A DNA stretch of 64,000 nucleotides from Fimicolochytrium jonesii (taxonomy: Eukaryota), in contig NW_026515675.1 in NCBI RefSeq assembly GCF_025526975.1, forward strand, positions 868,001 to 932,000, read 5' to 3'. Below, one piece after another: positions 13,364 to 25,249 of this stretch. Position numbers and translations under genes: made by a program. The number at the start of each line of letters is the position of its first letter. The stretch's first letter is position 1. The notes under the pieces were generated by a model, which was given only the letters and a program-made list of their open reading frames with translations, was not told the origin of the DNA and made no database searches.

Positions 13364-14539
13364 CTAGTGGCGGGACTTCTTGCATTGTTCTGTTCATAAA
13401 AAGTTCCAATCAGCGTGGGTACTATGGAAATGCCGGGGGGGAAAGGAGAGGATGACTTACTTTTGACTTCCGCGCAGTTTGTCACAATGACTTCCGAAAG
13501 GGGACGGTCGTCTGGCGGTCGGGAACGTGTGGTTAGAATGTTGCGCAACACCGACAACGTAGTCATGCGTCCACCCTACCTGCGTTGGTGGTCGTGTTTC
13601 CGATCTTGTACACAATGTCCATTCCTTCTAAAACGTAGCCCTATCACAGCAGAAGAGGTTGGTTCAATGGGTTGTTTGCCATCAATGCATACTAAGGGTT
13701 GTGCGGACTTACGAAGATAACGTAGTGCTGGTTTAACCACTTGGTAATGATGGTTGTGATGAAGAACTGGCTGCCGTTCGTGTCCGGGCCGGCGTTGGCC
13801 TGAAGGATCCCGAATCGGTACGGAGATGTCAGATTCCATGACAAGAAAGGGTTCCAAATCAATTTCGATGTGGTTACGCACCATGGCGACAATTCCGGGC
13901 TCGGTGAAGTTTAGGTTGAAGTTCTCATCGGGAAAGGTTTCTCCGTAGATGGAGTAGCCTAGAAAACACCAAATCCACGATGTCAGGGCTCTACGAGTCT
14001 GGAGATCTGCAGAATATCTTTGAGATAGGTACTCACCTCCGTTGCCGTCCCCTGTGGTGAAGTCTCCACCCTACAAGACATGTTTGAGTCGAGCTCCATG
14101 AGTTTTGTTTCGATGATCGATACCCCATTTCTGCGATATCCGTACCTGGATCATAAAGTCCTTGATGACACGGTGGAATGGACTTCCCTTGAAACCATAA
14201 CCAAACTGACGAAAGGAAGAGCATCAATTCCCATCCCAGTCGCTTTCAACTAGTTCAACTCCTCCCACCTCTCCAGTGCAAAGTGCACGGAAGTTCTCGG
14301 CTGTCTTTGGAGTCTCTTTTCCGTAAAGTCCTGAAAACAAGCAATGACGGTCAGATCTTGCCACGGCTTACTTCGACAGACGGGAGGTTTTTGATGCACT
14401 AACCAATCGTGACATCCCCCAACGGTTGGCCGCCCTGGGCGATGGACAGGACGACCTTCTTGGTGACTTCCGCCTGGGGTCCTGCCAAGACGGCTGACGC
14501 GGAGGCCAACAAGACGGTGAACAGACTGAGGACGCGCAT
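13364..14539 (-). CDS. Secretory-pathway cyclophilin (cyclophilin B-type peptidyl-prolyl isomerase)
   Basis: Signal peptide [19 protein letters not shown]. Motifs [73 protein letters not shown]. The last exon is predicted as KQCKKSRH-TAG; the 3' end is less certain. Confidence 0.93.
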
Positions 14540-15226
14540 TTTGGGAGTCGATGCAAAACGGTTGCTCAGAGTGCAAGAAAGCGAACGTTCGTCTAGACGC
14601 TCTTCTTTTATACACCACGCGGAACCCATCAGATGCCGTGAAAGAAGTCCGTTCTCTGTGCACATGTAATATTTGAGATGTTCGACAGAGTCGCGGTCGA
14701 TGTCTCACAAGGTTGTCGTCGGAAACGCGACATGCTGTCAGTCAGCCGCCTGCTGGTCTGGATTCCGGGTACCAGGCTACTACCAGCTTCTATTCGGGCG
14801 GCCTGTGATCGTTTGTCGTCGTGTCATCAGGCAATCTAAAATAACTTTAAGATTAACGAAAAGTGTTGTATCTATACAGTTCAGTGTACCCGACTTTCCG
14901 TTCCCTGGTATGTAGCTAATACCGACGTCCAGATGCACTTGTTGTGTCGGTACCGTGAGATTCCAATTCCAACCTGTCAATTTCAAGCTGATGAAGTGCC
15001 ACAGAGCGTCCATGCGCACGACCTCGTCCGCTTGACCTGAGCCTCACACTTCCCCACGGTGTGAAGTTGTGAACGGGCGGCTGCCGATCTAGATAAGATG
15101 AAGGCAGGCGTCCAAGCATGCGGGGCTGTGCAAGATAGATATGTATGCACGAGTAGGAAACCCTGCCATTCTTCTAGTCATTCCCTGCATCCTTAGCGTC
15201 AAACAAATTGGAGTCAAACCTTCGCG

Positions 15227-18200
15227 ATGTCGGCAACTGTCCCAAACGGGTCTCCTCGTCGTGTCGGCAACGTTCGGCCGCCGTTGCCAGATGGCCTGTC
15301 AATTGCCACTGCGACGTCGCCCGGTGGCAGGGGTCAACGCCAATATCTGAAAGACACGAATGCGCCTATTCCTTTGCAGCCCATTCCTGACTCTCAGACT
15401 CGTCGGTATCTGATCGAGTCGACATCTACGCATTCCCCACATTCAGACGGTCCCCTTTCTCCTCGAGACCACCTGAAGTTCCCTCAGGAAGCCCATACCC
15501 CTAGCACCGCCGGTGCCCGCTCTCCTCGGGAACACCTAATATACCACCAGGAAGGCCACTCGCCGAGCACCAGTAGTCCCCGTTCTACTGGAGAACCTCG
15601 CCCTCCTCGAGAACATCTCACCGCGCAAGCAGCCAACAGCGCCTTTCGTTCACCTCAGGAGCATTTGGCCGCTACTCAAAATCTCCGCGTGCGTATCAAC
15701 AGCGACCATCGGAAATTTGTTCGGAAATTTGTTCCATCTGACGCTGGGCATAGAGGATGGGAGACACCAGAAGATGACGACAAGTTGGAGGGGGACTGGG
15801 ATCCCACCATCCCTCAAGCAAAACGGGATGCAGTTCTCGCCGCTCTCGGTAAGAGCGAATTTGAAGAAGAGGAGGCTTATGATCCTGCGCTTGAGGAAGA
15901 TTCTCCATATCCGGAAGTGCGAGCGGCGGTTCGCAACTACGACGACGTTGATATGCCGGCAAACACAGTCCGGGCCTGGGTTCTGGGCTTTATTCTCACC
16001 ACCCTTGCATCTGGGCTGAATATGCTCTTCTCACTGAGGGAACCTAGCATCACGATCACGGCCATCGTGATTCAGTTGGTCGCCTTCCCTCTCGGCGTTA
16101 TATGGGAAAAACTGCTCCCCAAGAACACTTGGCTAAATCCTGGCCACTTCAATCATAAGGTACATATGCATTTTTTCTGTCAGTCAGACTCACATCAGGT
16201 CCTAACATGGGGAGCTAGGAACACGTGGTCATCACCGTGATGGCGAATGCCGCGTTCGGAGGTGGTGTAGCCTACGCGACGGATGTCATCCTCGCGATGG
16301 AGCAATATTACCACATCAAATTCGGCTGGGCATTCCAACTCCTCCTGACCATCACTTCACAATGCATCGGTTTCGGAATGGCTGGAATGTGTAGGCGATT
16401 CCTAGTCTGGCCTGCAGCGATGATTTGGCCGACTACCCTCGCCAACACTGCGCTATTTTATACGCTACACGAGCGGCGATCAATGAATCCGAAACAGGCC
16501 AACGGCTGGGGATGGTCGCGCTACAAGTGGTTCATGGTCCTCGCTTCCCTCACTTTCGTGTGGCATTGGGTTCCGCTGGCATTTTTCACGGCCCTTTCCA
16601 ATCTGGGAGCGTTCCCAACTTGGATTGCTCCGAAGAATGTACTCGTAAACAAGATCTTCGGATCAAGCACCGGATTGGGTTTGATTCCGATCACCTTGGA
16701 TTGGACGATGATTTCGGGATATCTGACTTCGCCTCTCACGTTCCCTTGGCACGCCATCGCCAACACCATGCTGGGAGTCGGAATTTTCTACGTTATTTTC
16801 GCAACCGCCGCAAACTTTAGCGGTCTCTGGTACGGCCATTACATGAGCATCAGCGACAGCTCATCCTGGGATCGCTTCGGAGAGGAGTACGACGTGACAA
16901 AGGTTCTCACCTCGTCCTTTCAATTCGATATTGCGGCCTATAAGGCCTATAGCCCTATGATCCTGAGCACGACCTTCGCGCTCGGCTACGGACTATCTTT
17001 CGCGAACGTGGCGTGTGTTCTGACAAATACTTGGCTCTTCTACGGAAAAGAGATCATGACCCGGTTCAAGGAGGCGCGCGACCAGGAAGATGACATTCAC
17101 ATGAAGCTGATGAAAAGATACAAGGACGCCGCCGACTGGTGGTTTCTTGTGCTTTTCCTGGTCACTTTCGGGGCGAGCCTGTTCACTGTCATGTATTGGG
17201 ACACCCAACTGGATTGGTGGGGGCTGTCGCTGTCGCTTCTGATGGCCCTCCTGTGGGTGATTCCGGTTGGCATCGTGCAAGCATGCACCAACATGCAAGT
17301 CGGTTTGAATGTCATCACCGAGTTCGTCATTGGTAGGTAGAGATTGGAGAAGTGTGGCTCATTTGCGTAATGAAGCTCATTGATATTTGGTCTTCGTCAG
17401 GTTACTTGAAACCAGGTCGTCCGGTGGCGATGATGCTCTTCAAAACATACGGCTACATTAGTATGGCGCAAGCTTTATACTTCGTGCAAGATCTGAAACT
17501 CGGACATTACATGAAAGTCCCGCCAAAGATTCTGTTCACTTCGCAAATTGTCGCTACGGTCTGGTCGTCGATCGTCCAGGTGATCGTCTACAACTGGGCC
17601 ATGCAGAACATTCCCGGGGTCTGCGAGAGGAAACAACCAGCCGGCTATACGTGCCCAAACGCTAAAACCTTCTACACCGCTTCCGCCATTTGGGGTGTGA
17701 TTGGACCCCAGCGGATGTTTTCGATGGGTGAAATCTATTCGAGCCTTCTGTGGTTCTTCCCCATCGGCTTCTTCCTGCCCTTCCTGGTGTACTATCTGGC
17801 CAAGAAGTTTCCGCGCTCGATCTTTCGGTACATAGACGTACCCGTCCTGTTCGCTTGCGGTAGTTTCATACCCCCAGCGACCATCATGAACTATGTGTCC
17901 TGGGGTTTCGTCGGTTGGCTATTCAACAAAGTCTTCCGCGACAGATTCAGGTGAGGAGCAGGGCTTGTGCTTGGTATATGCGCCTTCTGTTGCACGTGCT
18001 TTGGCTGACTTACCTCCATCTCACAGAGGCTGGTGGATCAACTACAATTTCGTCACGTCGGCCGCCCTCGATTGTGGGCTGGCGCTTGCAACGATTGCTG
18101 TGTTTTTCGCCCTCACCTATCACGGAACAACCATCGAATGGTGGGGGAACACAGTGGACAAGGAAACTCTGGATCACAACGGGATGGCTCGAACGATCGT

Positions 18201-18237
18201 ACTTACTAACGGAACTTTTGGCCCCAACACATGGTAG
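15227..18237 (+). CDS. OPT-family oligopeptide transporter (Isp4/Opt type)
   Basis: Motifs EEDSPYPEVRAAV, NTVRAWVLG, NPGHFNHKEHVVITVMAN, PAAMIWP, EDDIHMKLMKRYKD, GLNVITEF, DLKLGHYMKVPP, WGVIGPQRMF, NFVTSAALDCG. Introns 16161-16218, ~17334-17400, 17952-18027. Confidence 0.96.
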
Positions 18238-18637
18238 TAAGGATGTTTACCACGTATCGAAGTGGGCTGGTCCCCTTTGAGTGGTCTTCTAGTGTGAAGG
18301 GCGGACGTTTGGCGTAGATTTAGCATAGATACCCCATTCATGGTTTAAACGTAGTACACGTAGACATCACCGGACATTCCCCGCTATGAACGTTCATAGA
18401 CGTTATTATCATGATGTGATCTTCTGTCACCTGGCAATTTTCCCCGTTTAGCAATCTCCATTGTATGTAACTGTCACTGATGAACCAAGTACGATCTGAA
18501 TTCTAAAGTGCGCCCATACGCCGACAAATGACAAATGGATTGGAGATGGGCTTATAGCTAAACAACCCAAGATCTAGTTCTTCATTAAGCGCCTTGCTGT
18601 CAAGCGAATGCCCCATCTGCGTCCCACGGTCTTGAAG

Positions 18638-20574
18638 TCAATTCTGTATTCTCACTATTCGATACCGAGGTCCTGCCTGTTCGATAGGGGAAGACATCAA
18701 GTGACATTCCACCTCTCCACCTGAATGTCCGTCGGCAACTTGTGGCGACAATGGCACCAGAGATTGCATCGTTTGAGCAACTTGCGCCAATGCGACGGGA
18801 TTCGAGCTTAAATCCGTTGCTCGTATGCGGAGACATTGTTCCTGGTTATAAAGGCAGCAATTTAGATCGAGCCCACATCGTCCATGATACAGAAGAATAT
18901 GTACCCACCGCAGCGCCATGAGTTATTGTTGCGGGGATGCATGCGGTTTCATCAACGAGCATCAAAGAGAAGCAAAATGCGTAGGAATGCGATGATGCGC
19001 AGGCTTCACATGCAGGATCTCTCGGACCGGAGCTTTCGACACAGCTGCGACAAGTTCGCCGCGCAAAGTCCTTGACATCGCGCGGCAGATGGTCGATGAT
19101 TTTAACGTTGCATCGAAACACTTCGTCCCCGCCGCGACTTGCGATCACAGACGAGAGCGGTGTGAATGGCTTTGCGGCTAATGGAGGTGGCGGCGGCAAT
19201 ATCATTGACGGTGGTGATGTCGGCCGCGACGACCTGTCACGGTTGAATGAAGCCAACAGAAGCTCCTTTCTGTTATGCAAAGCTTCAAGGCCTGGGTCGT
19301 CGGCGTCAAGGACAGTGACACCATACTTCGATTCGCCCGGCTGGCGCGTTCCATGCATGGCTGCTTCCAGGCCAAACCTACCCGGCTTGATTCTCAGGTT
19401 TCGCAGGAATATGAAGGTGCCAGCCTGAACATTCTGCATTCTTTCAACGTGTTCGTCCCTATTTCGCATTCTAGATCAATGTCACCAACAAACAGATTCC
19501 AGTAGCAAACAACTGACCACAAAGTGCACGCTAGGAGGGACGTCGTAGCTGGGATGCATATAGACGGTGGAAGTGAATCTGGGAGGCTGCAGGATGTTAG
19601 GCATTCAACACCATGGAGTTGCACGGGATGTTGCATACCCAAGGTCCAGATTCTCAGTATAATCAGTCAGAAGTGTCGTTATCTGTTGACCGTTTGGTGC
19701 CACCGGATAGAGGTAGACAACCTTGGAAGATCCGAATGAGCACGGCTGAATTCGAAAGTCTCATTACCTGCTCAGTAGTGGTAGAACACACCTGCGCGAA
19801 CATATCGCAAAAGTGGTTGGCGGTTTTTACTTGGTCTATCTGCAGTGTTGGCCTCTTCCCTTGCAACATCGGCCGTGGTATGGGATTTGTAGCTGCCGGA
19901 ATACCATGAGGTAGTGGAGCGGATTCGGCTGCCCACCAGTCTCGTAGAGAAGCCAGTATCTCCCTCTCCCCCAGTGACCTTGCCGTCGCATCCTCAAGGG
20001 TTTCGGCTAAGTAGCTATCGAATTTCGGATTCAACCCTTGCATTTTGTTGTTGTACATCTGAACCTGTCTCAGTGCAATCAGATTTCCTGGCTACTGGCA
20101 CTGCATCCCGTGTGTTGACGTCCCAGATGAATACCTTCACGCGCAGCTTCAAAACCTGCCCCGTTCCCAAAATTGCAGGAAGCTCCTCCCTTCGATGAAA
20201 AATATTGACTCCAAGATCATCGGCCCGTGATGATGACAGCGATGGGTCAGCTAGGCTGACATTCAAAACGTGGTCTGTGGGATAATTGGGTTTAGCTCAA
20301 AAGCTCCGGAAGCAGTTGGGAAAAGAGGTCCATCACTCGGGCGACCGTCATACCGGTTCCATTTGTCTTCCGCGGCGGCTTGAACGAAGTAACGACTGCA
20401 TATATGACCACAATCTTGCCGGGACTCAAGTCAGCTAGGCATGATGTCTGGAAGAGTATTGAGTCAATACGACGGTGCCTTCTCTCCCACGTCCCCTGCA
20501 CGCGTGTGTGGTGATGTGCGAGACCCACATACCCCGACTTTCTCGACAAGATCACGGTACGACCGCACAGTCAT
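18638..20574 (-). CDS. POT1: Protection of telomeres 1 (OB-fold telomeric ssDNA-binding protein)
   Basis: OB1: IYAVVTSFKPPRKTNGT...ADPSL...VNIFHRREELPAI..GQVLKL. OB2: FCDMFAQV...GTFIFLRNLRIK. C-terminal OB/Zn region: FRCNVKIIDHLP..KDF, CxxC...CxxC, FSLMLVDET, VECHLMS...RYRI. The start MTVRSYRDLVEKVG/TSCLADL is inferred from splice phase. Confidence 0.85.
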
Positions 20575-21028
20575 TGAGGAGTTCTCAGCGATGGTCAAAG
20601 ATATGCACCCGCCTCTACAATCCGTACGTCGCAGCTCGCTGCTATCCCCCTCCTCACGCGCGAACCTCGCTCCAAAGATGGCCTTTCTATATGGACATTA
20701 GCATGCCTGCGCGACCCGCAACGCAGTCAAGAGGACTTGTAAGCGCTGAGCAGTTTTGCTGCACGTCTGTACAAGTCAAGTTAGCGGTTATAAGGAAGAT
20801 TTCGTTGCTTTACTGTAATTCAAAGTCCGAAAGAGGAACGAAGTTCTGAGTCGTAACGCGTGCATCAAAAAGGCCGTCTGTTTTTCCCCAGGTTGTTCCC
20901 CCAAAAAGAGCATCGGCAATTTGGCACATTTTGACATTTTCAGGCTCAACCCTGCGGAACTTGCGCTTTCCGAGACCAATAGTCGTCGTCACACCAGGTC
21001 TCCCGTCGTTTTCCGACTTCACGGCAAC

Positions 21029-22647
21029 ATGCGAAGAGCTTGTCCGCGATCTGTCACCCCGTTGCTTCCCCTATGGCGACTTCCACGGCAAGGGAGAGCC
21101 GCCTTTGCGACCGCCTCCGCTTTGCCGCCAACTCAGCAGATTTTTAATCGGTCAGTCAAGAAGTTGCAAAGAGACAGGGCCGCTCTAAGACCGGAAAGTC
21201 GAGATGTTGACTACATCCGAGACGAAGTCGCGGACCGTGTCGTGGACCGCCTGCTGGTGCGTAAACGCATAGTTGCTCCGCTGGAAGGGCTGTGTGCCTT
21301 CCTTTTAATCGAAGAAAGTGGTCTCACCAACATTCATGTCCTCTAGGACATCAAACGGCGCTTCTCGAAAGTCGTGGACTTGGGTTCCGGAGCGGGTCAT
21401 ATCGTGAAGTTTGCGGAGAAGGACATGATGGACAAATTGATCATGTTCGACATGTCAGGTATAATGCACCGCCAATGTTATTCCAAAATAACATTACTGA
21501 TTACGATATCTCGGCGCAGAAAAGATGTTGTATCGGGATAAAGATGTAAAATACGAAGGTTAGCCATTGCGGCCCTTCTCAGCTCAGATGTCGATGGACG
21601 AGCATCGAATTCACATATCGTGTGGTTCCCCGCAGTTCCGGTTGAGAGGATAGTCGGAGACGAAGAATGGCTTCCATTCGAGGAAAACAGTCTGGACGCC
21701 GTCATCAGCAGCTTGAGCTTGAACTGGGTGAACGACATTCCAGGGACGCTGATACAAATTCAGCGCGCGCTGAAGCCGGATGGACTGTTTATCGGCGCTA
21801 TGTTTGGGGGTGAAACGCTCTTTGAGCTAAGGTCCGTCTGCGTGTGTTTCACGCCTCACAATCTGTGCTGCATCAAGGCTTACGACAGCACATCCTGGCA
21901 GAACAGCGTTGCAGTTGGCTGAGATCGATCGGGAAGGTGGCGTTTCGCCACATATATCGCCTATGACCGGTATTGACGATCTTCTCAGCGCCCTTGTTGA
22001 TGCTCACGTCTGACTACCCGCTTCACAGATAGTCGAGATGTCGCCGCTCTACTTCAGAGAGCCAAGTATAACTTGATCACCGGTGAGCATCACTGTCATT
22101 ATGTGCGAACGTCTGCAGCGCGATGCACTGAAGTCCTTACGTAGTTGATGTCGATGAGATTGCCGTAAGCTACCCATCGATGTTCGAGCTTATGGATGAT
22201 TTAAGGGCGATGGGAGAAAGCAACGCCATAATGGCAAGGTACGAAATGCAGTGTTCATTGCGGCTCGTTCTCGAGCCTGACAGTGAGTATTTTGCAGGAA
22301 ACCTTTCCTTTCCCGAGACACTCTCCTAGCGGCTGCTGCCGCGTACAAGGGAATCTATGGCCAAGAGGATGGCTCAATACCGGCCACATTTCAAATAATA
22401 TACATGGTACGCGGCGCGCATTGACCAAATGACTGTACTCCCTCCAATGCTAAAAGCCGCTCGTAGATTGGATGGAAGCCTGATCCATCACAGCCGAAGG
22501 TGAGTCCGGATCGACAGTTGATACCTGTTTCGTTTCAAGGTTGGACTGATGGTTCTTACTTTCCATCTGCAGCCTTTACCACGAGGTTCTCAAGAAGTCT
22601 CCTTCAAGTCTTTAGAGCAAGGAGGGAAGGTACCCTCAAAGAAGTGA
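21029..22647 (+). CDS. NDUFAF5: Complex I assembly factor NDUFAF5 (SAM-dependent methyltransferase fold, arginine hydroxylase)
   Basis: Presequence-like N-terminus, [107 protein letters not shown]. Confidence 0.95.
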
Positions 22648-22744
22648 ACAAGCCATTATATACATACTGCATCTCCAGCATTGTGATTAATATAGTTTAC
22701 AAACATGATTTCACAGCGGGAAACGCGTTTAGATCTCCGCCTCC

Positions 22745-23876
22745 TCATCTCCTTCGGTAGTAACCCGGGGACCTGGATCGGCTTCGCCTGGGATGGCCTC
22801 TATCTACATCCCTCTCGGTAGGACGAGGCGCATATGGCCTCTCATATGTCCGTTCAATCCTCGCGGGCCGATTGCCTCCGTGGCGAACTGGTGACCTGCT
22901 GCGATTCCGCTCCGGCCACCGCTGCCTTCCCGCCTCGCACTCTCGGGTCTCGGGCCATCCACTACTAGAATGCCGGTCTTCTCGGTCTCTGGATGTATTC
23001 CGATCGGGATAATCGCGGCGCCTATCGTTGCGTGCTGGTGCCGCTGACGGTGGTGAGGGTTCTCGTACCCGTGCGAGTGCAGCCTCTTCCGGCGCATCAT
23101 CCGCTATCCGGTCTCCAAGAACTTCTGCCCATGCATCCCATTTCCCATCATCCTCCCCGTCGTCATCGTCGGCCTCTTGCTCAACCGGCTTGGCAGCCCC
23201 GGTATTGGACTCCCTAGGTTCCCCACTGTGCGCTCCCCGTTCCCGCGTCGTGCCGTTTTCTGGTTGGCTGCTGTCTTTCCTCTTTTTCTTTTTCTTCCTC
23301 CCAAACTCGTCGTACTCGTCGTCATCGTTGAAACGGGTTTCGCGATACTCGACTTTATTGCAGAGTTGAGAAATTTCTTAGCCCTCCCATCATGCCGAAA
23401 CGGTGCTTTTGGGCAGGCTGCTATGGCCCACCTTTGTCTCGCTCCATGAATCCTCCTCCATAACCTTCACGGTTGGCATCCATTCCACTTCCTGGCTTTG
23501 GTGACTGACACTGGACAAGGTTCAGAAAAGAAGGTGAGGACAACAATTAGGAAAGTCAGTGATGTGCGTCGTAAGAAACCGACCTGATTGCATGTCATTC
23601 GCCGCGCCCAGTTGATATTAGAGCATAACTTGCACTTCCAGTCCTGTTCACGTCATTCACAGAAAAAGAGGTTCGAACCGCAAGGGAACGGCGTTCGATC
23701 ACGCTCTCGATCAGTCCCACCGCCTATTGATCACTGTGCTGACTGTTGTAGGCCCCGACCTTTTCTGAGAAGAGTCCGTTGAATTTCTTCGCCGCTTCGC
23801 CCAGTTCCTCGACATCTTCTTTTCGCTTGCCGTGGGACTCCCTTCCTTCGGGGTGCCCTTTGAATGGTGGTGCCAT
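22745..23876 (-). CDS. ZRANB2: ZRANB2-like splicing factor (RanBP2-type zinc finger plus RS/RD-rich tail)
   Basis: Spliced: GLFSEK/DWKCKLCSNINWARRMTCNQ/CQSPKP...REGYGGGFMERDK/VEYRETRFNDDDEYDEFGRKKKK. This matches the ZRANB2 second finger and the GYGGGF.ER..VEY...YDEFGRKKKK linker. It ends RRSRSRSPGYYRRR. Confidence 0.88.
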
Positions 23877-24005
23877 GGTGTGTCTCTAGAACGCTGCGGA
23901 AGAGTGGTGGGGAGGGCCGTGTCTCAGAAGATGGCTAGGTTTGAATAGCCGTTCCGAAGTCAAGGATGAGTAGAGGAAGAGTTTGAGGTGAGTTTGAGGC
24001 TCGTG

Positions 24006-24039
24006 GGAAGCCTGCAGGGAAGCCTGCCTGGAAGCCTGC
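24006..24039. repeat. Three GGAAGCCTGC units with a 12-nt period in the ZRANB2/MOG1 divergent promoter
   Basis: ggaagcctgc at 24006, 24018 and 24030. Confidence 0.8.
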
Positions 24040-24118
24040 AAGCCAGGAAGGTCGTCGCGCGTTCCCAGCTTTCCCATCTTTTTAACCTTTTCGCCCAGGC
24101 TTCATTCAGTTAAGCACG

Positions 24119-24875
24119 ATGCCAGGCAGACAACACCCACAGACGGCAGCGACTAGCAGGGGCTTATTCGGTGGGGCCATTACGGCCTCAGTTGCCGAGT
24201 CATTTCTCGATGTAAGGTACTTCTTTCAAGCTAATAGAATCTCTCTGAAACGGGCCTATGTGACTGACCCCACTTGCACCTTCACAGCCATATTCGAGAA
24301 ATTCCAGATAACCAGGAGGTTTTTGTCGACGTAGAGACGGATCAAAGTATTGTCGTAGAGCTGCTGGAGTCTCCAGAGGGAGTAGCTGCAGAGGATGCTG
24401 CGAAATACCACTTCGAACAACTTGCGGCGGACAACGACTCTGGGGAGGCTACGATCTTGAGTGTGGAGCAGCTGGAGGTGGCCTCGGCGACTCCTTACCT
24501 ACCGTATGAGTTGCTTTCCTCTGGTCGCATCCTTAAGAAGCGATGTATCAACTCATCCAGGACGTGCCCGTTTATAGCCCAACAACACAGGCTAGTATCC
24601 TGGTCGGTCGACAGCAGATCAATAAGTTCAATGAAAGAACACCGTCGGCGGTGAACACCGTGGTTATATACCTTGCAGTGATTCGACTACCTCAAGTTGG
24701 CACCGACGTGCTCGTGTCGTATAACCACCCGATCGCGCTAGGGGAAGGTAGTTCATCCGCTGCGGCCTTGTCAGAAGCCGGAGGCCACATTGGCGTTCCG
24801 GACGTCGCTGCTGAGAATTTCAAGAGATCCGTGCAGTCGCTAAATGTGATTGACTGGGGACTTTTCGGGGTATAA
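24119..24875 (+). CDS. MOG1: Ran guanine nucleotide release factor Mog1
   Basis: RGLFGGAITA...FLDVS/HIREIPDNQEVFVD..TDQSIVVELLE, AAKYHFEQLA.DN, GRQQINKFNE, YLAVIRLPQVGTDVLVSYNHP, SLNVIDWGLFG. Confidence 0.95.
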
Positions 24876-25249
24876 AGGAAGGACTGGATGGAATTTACTT
24901 CCCACGTCACTCACGCTGCGGAGCGCCGATTCACCCTAAGACTGCGGATGTGGTCGCACCGCAGTCATGCGTGGTAGTCGCATGACTGGCCCTCGTCAAG
25001 TCACCCCTGTAGAGTTTAGAAGTCGTAGCGCAGCATAGTATTGCACATACCATCGATGTGGAAACGTAAAGGAGGCTTGATGGAAGCAGCTCGGAGTCAA
25101 ACGACTATAACCAATGATGGGATGTACTGTACATGACAGATTTACATTATCAGAACTATACATGACAGCTGAATACCGAATAACGGCTCATACTAAATTG
25201 AAGTCCCTCATCAACCGAAGTGATTCAAACAACCGCCATTCATCTCTGC

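Noticed and set aside
18477..18510. Hammerhead core CTGATGA (also at ~29473)
   Set aside because: No stem II followed by GAAA and no stems I/III.
22745..24875. A 'Ran gene cluster' from the ZRANB2/MOG1 adjacency
   Set aside because: ZRANB2-type fingers bind RNA, not Ran, so the link is only in the name.
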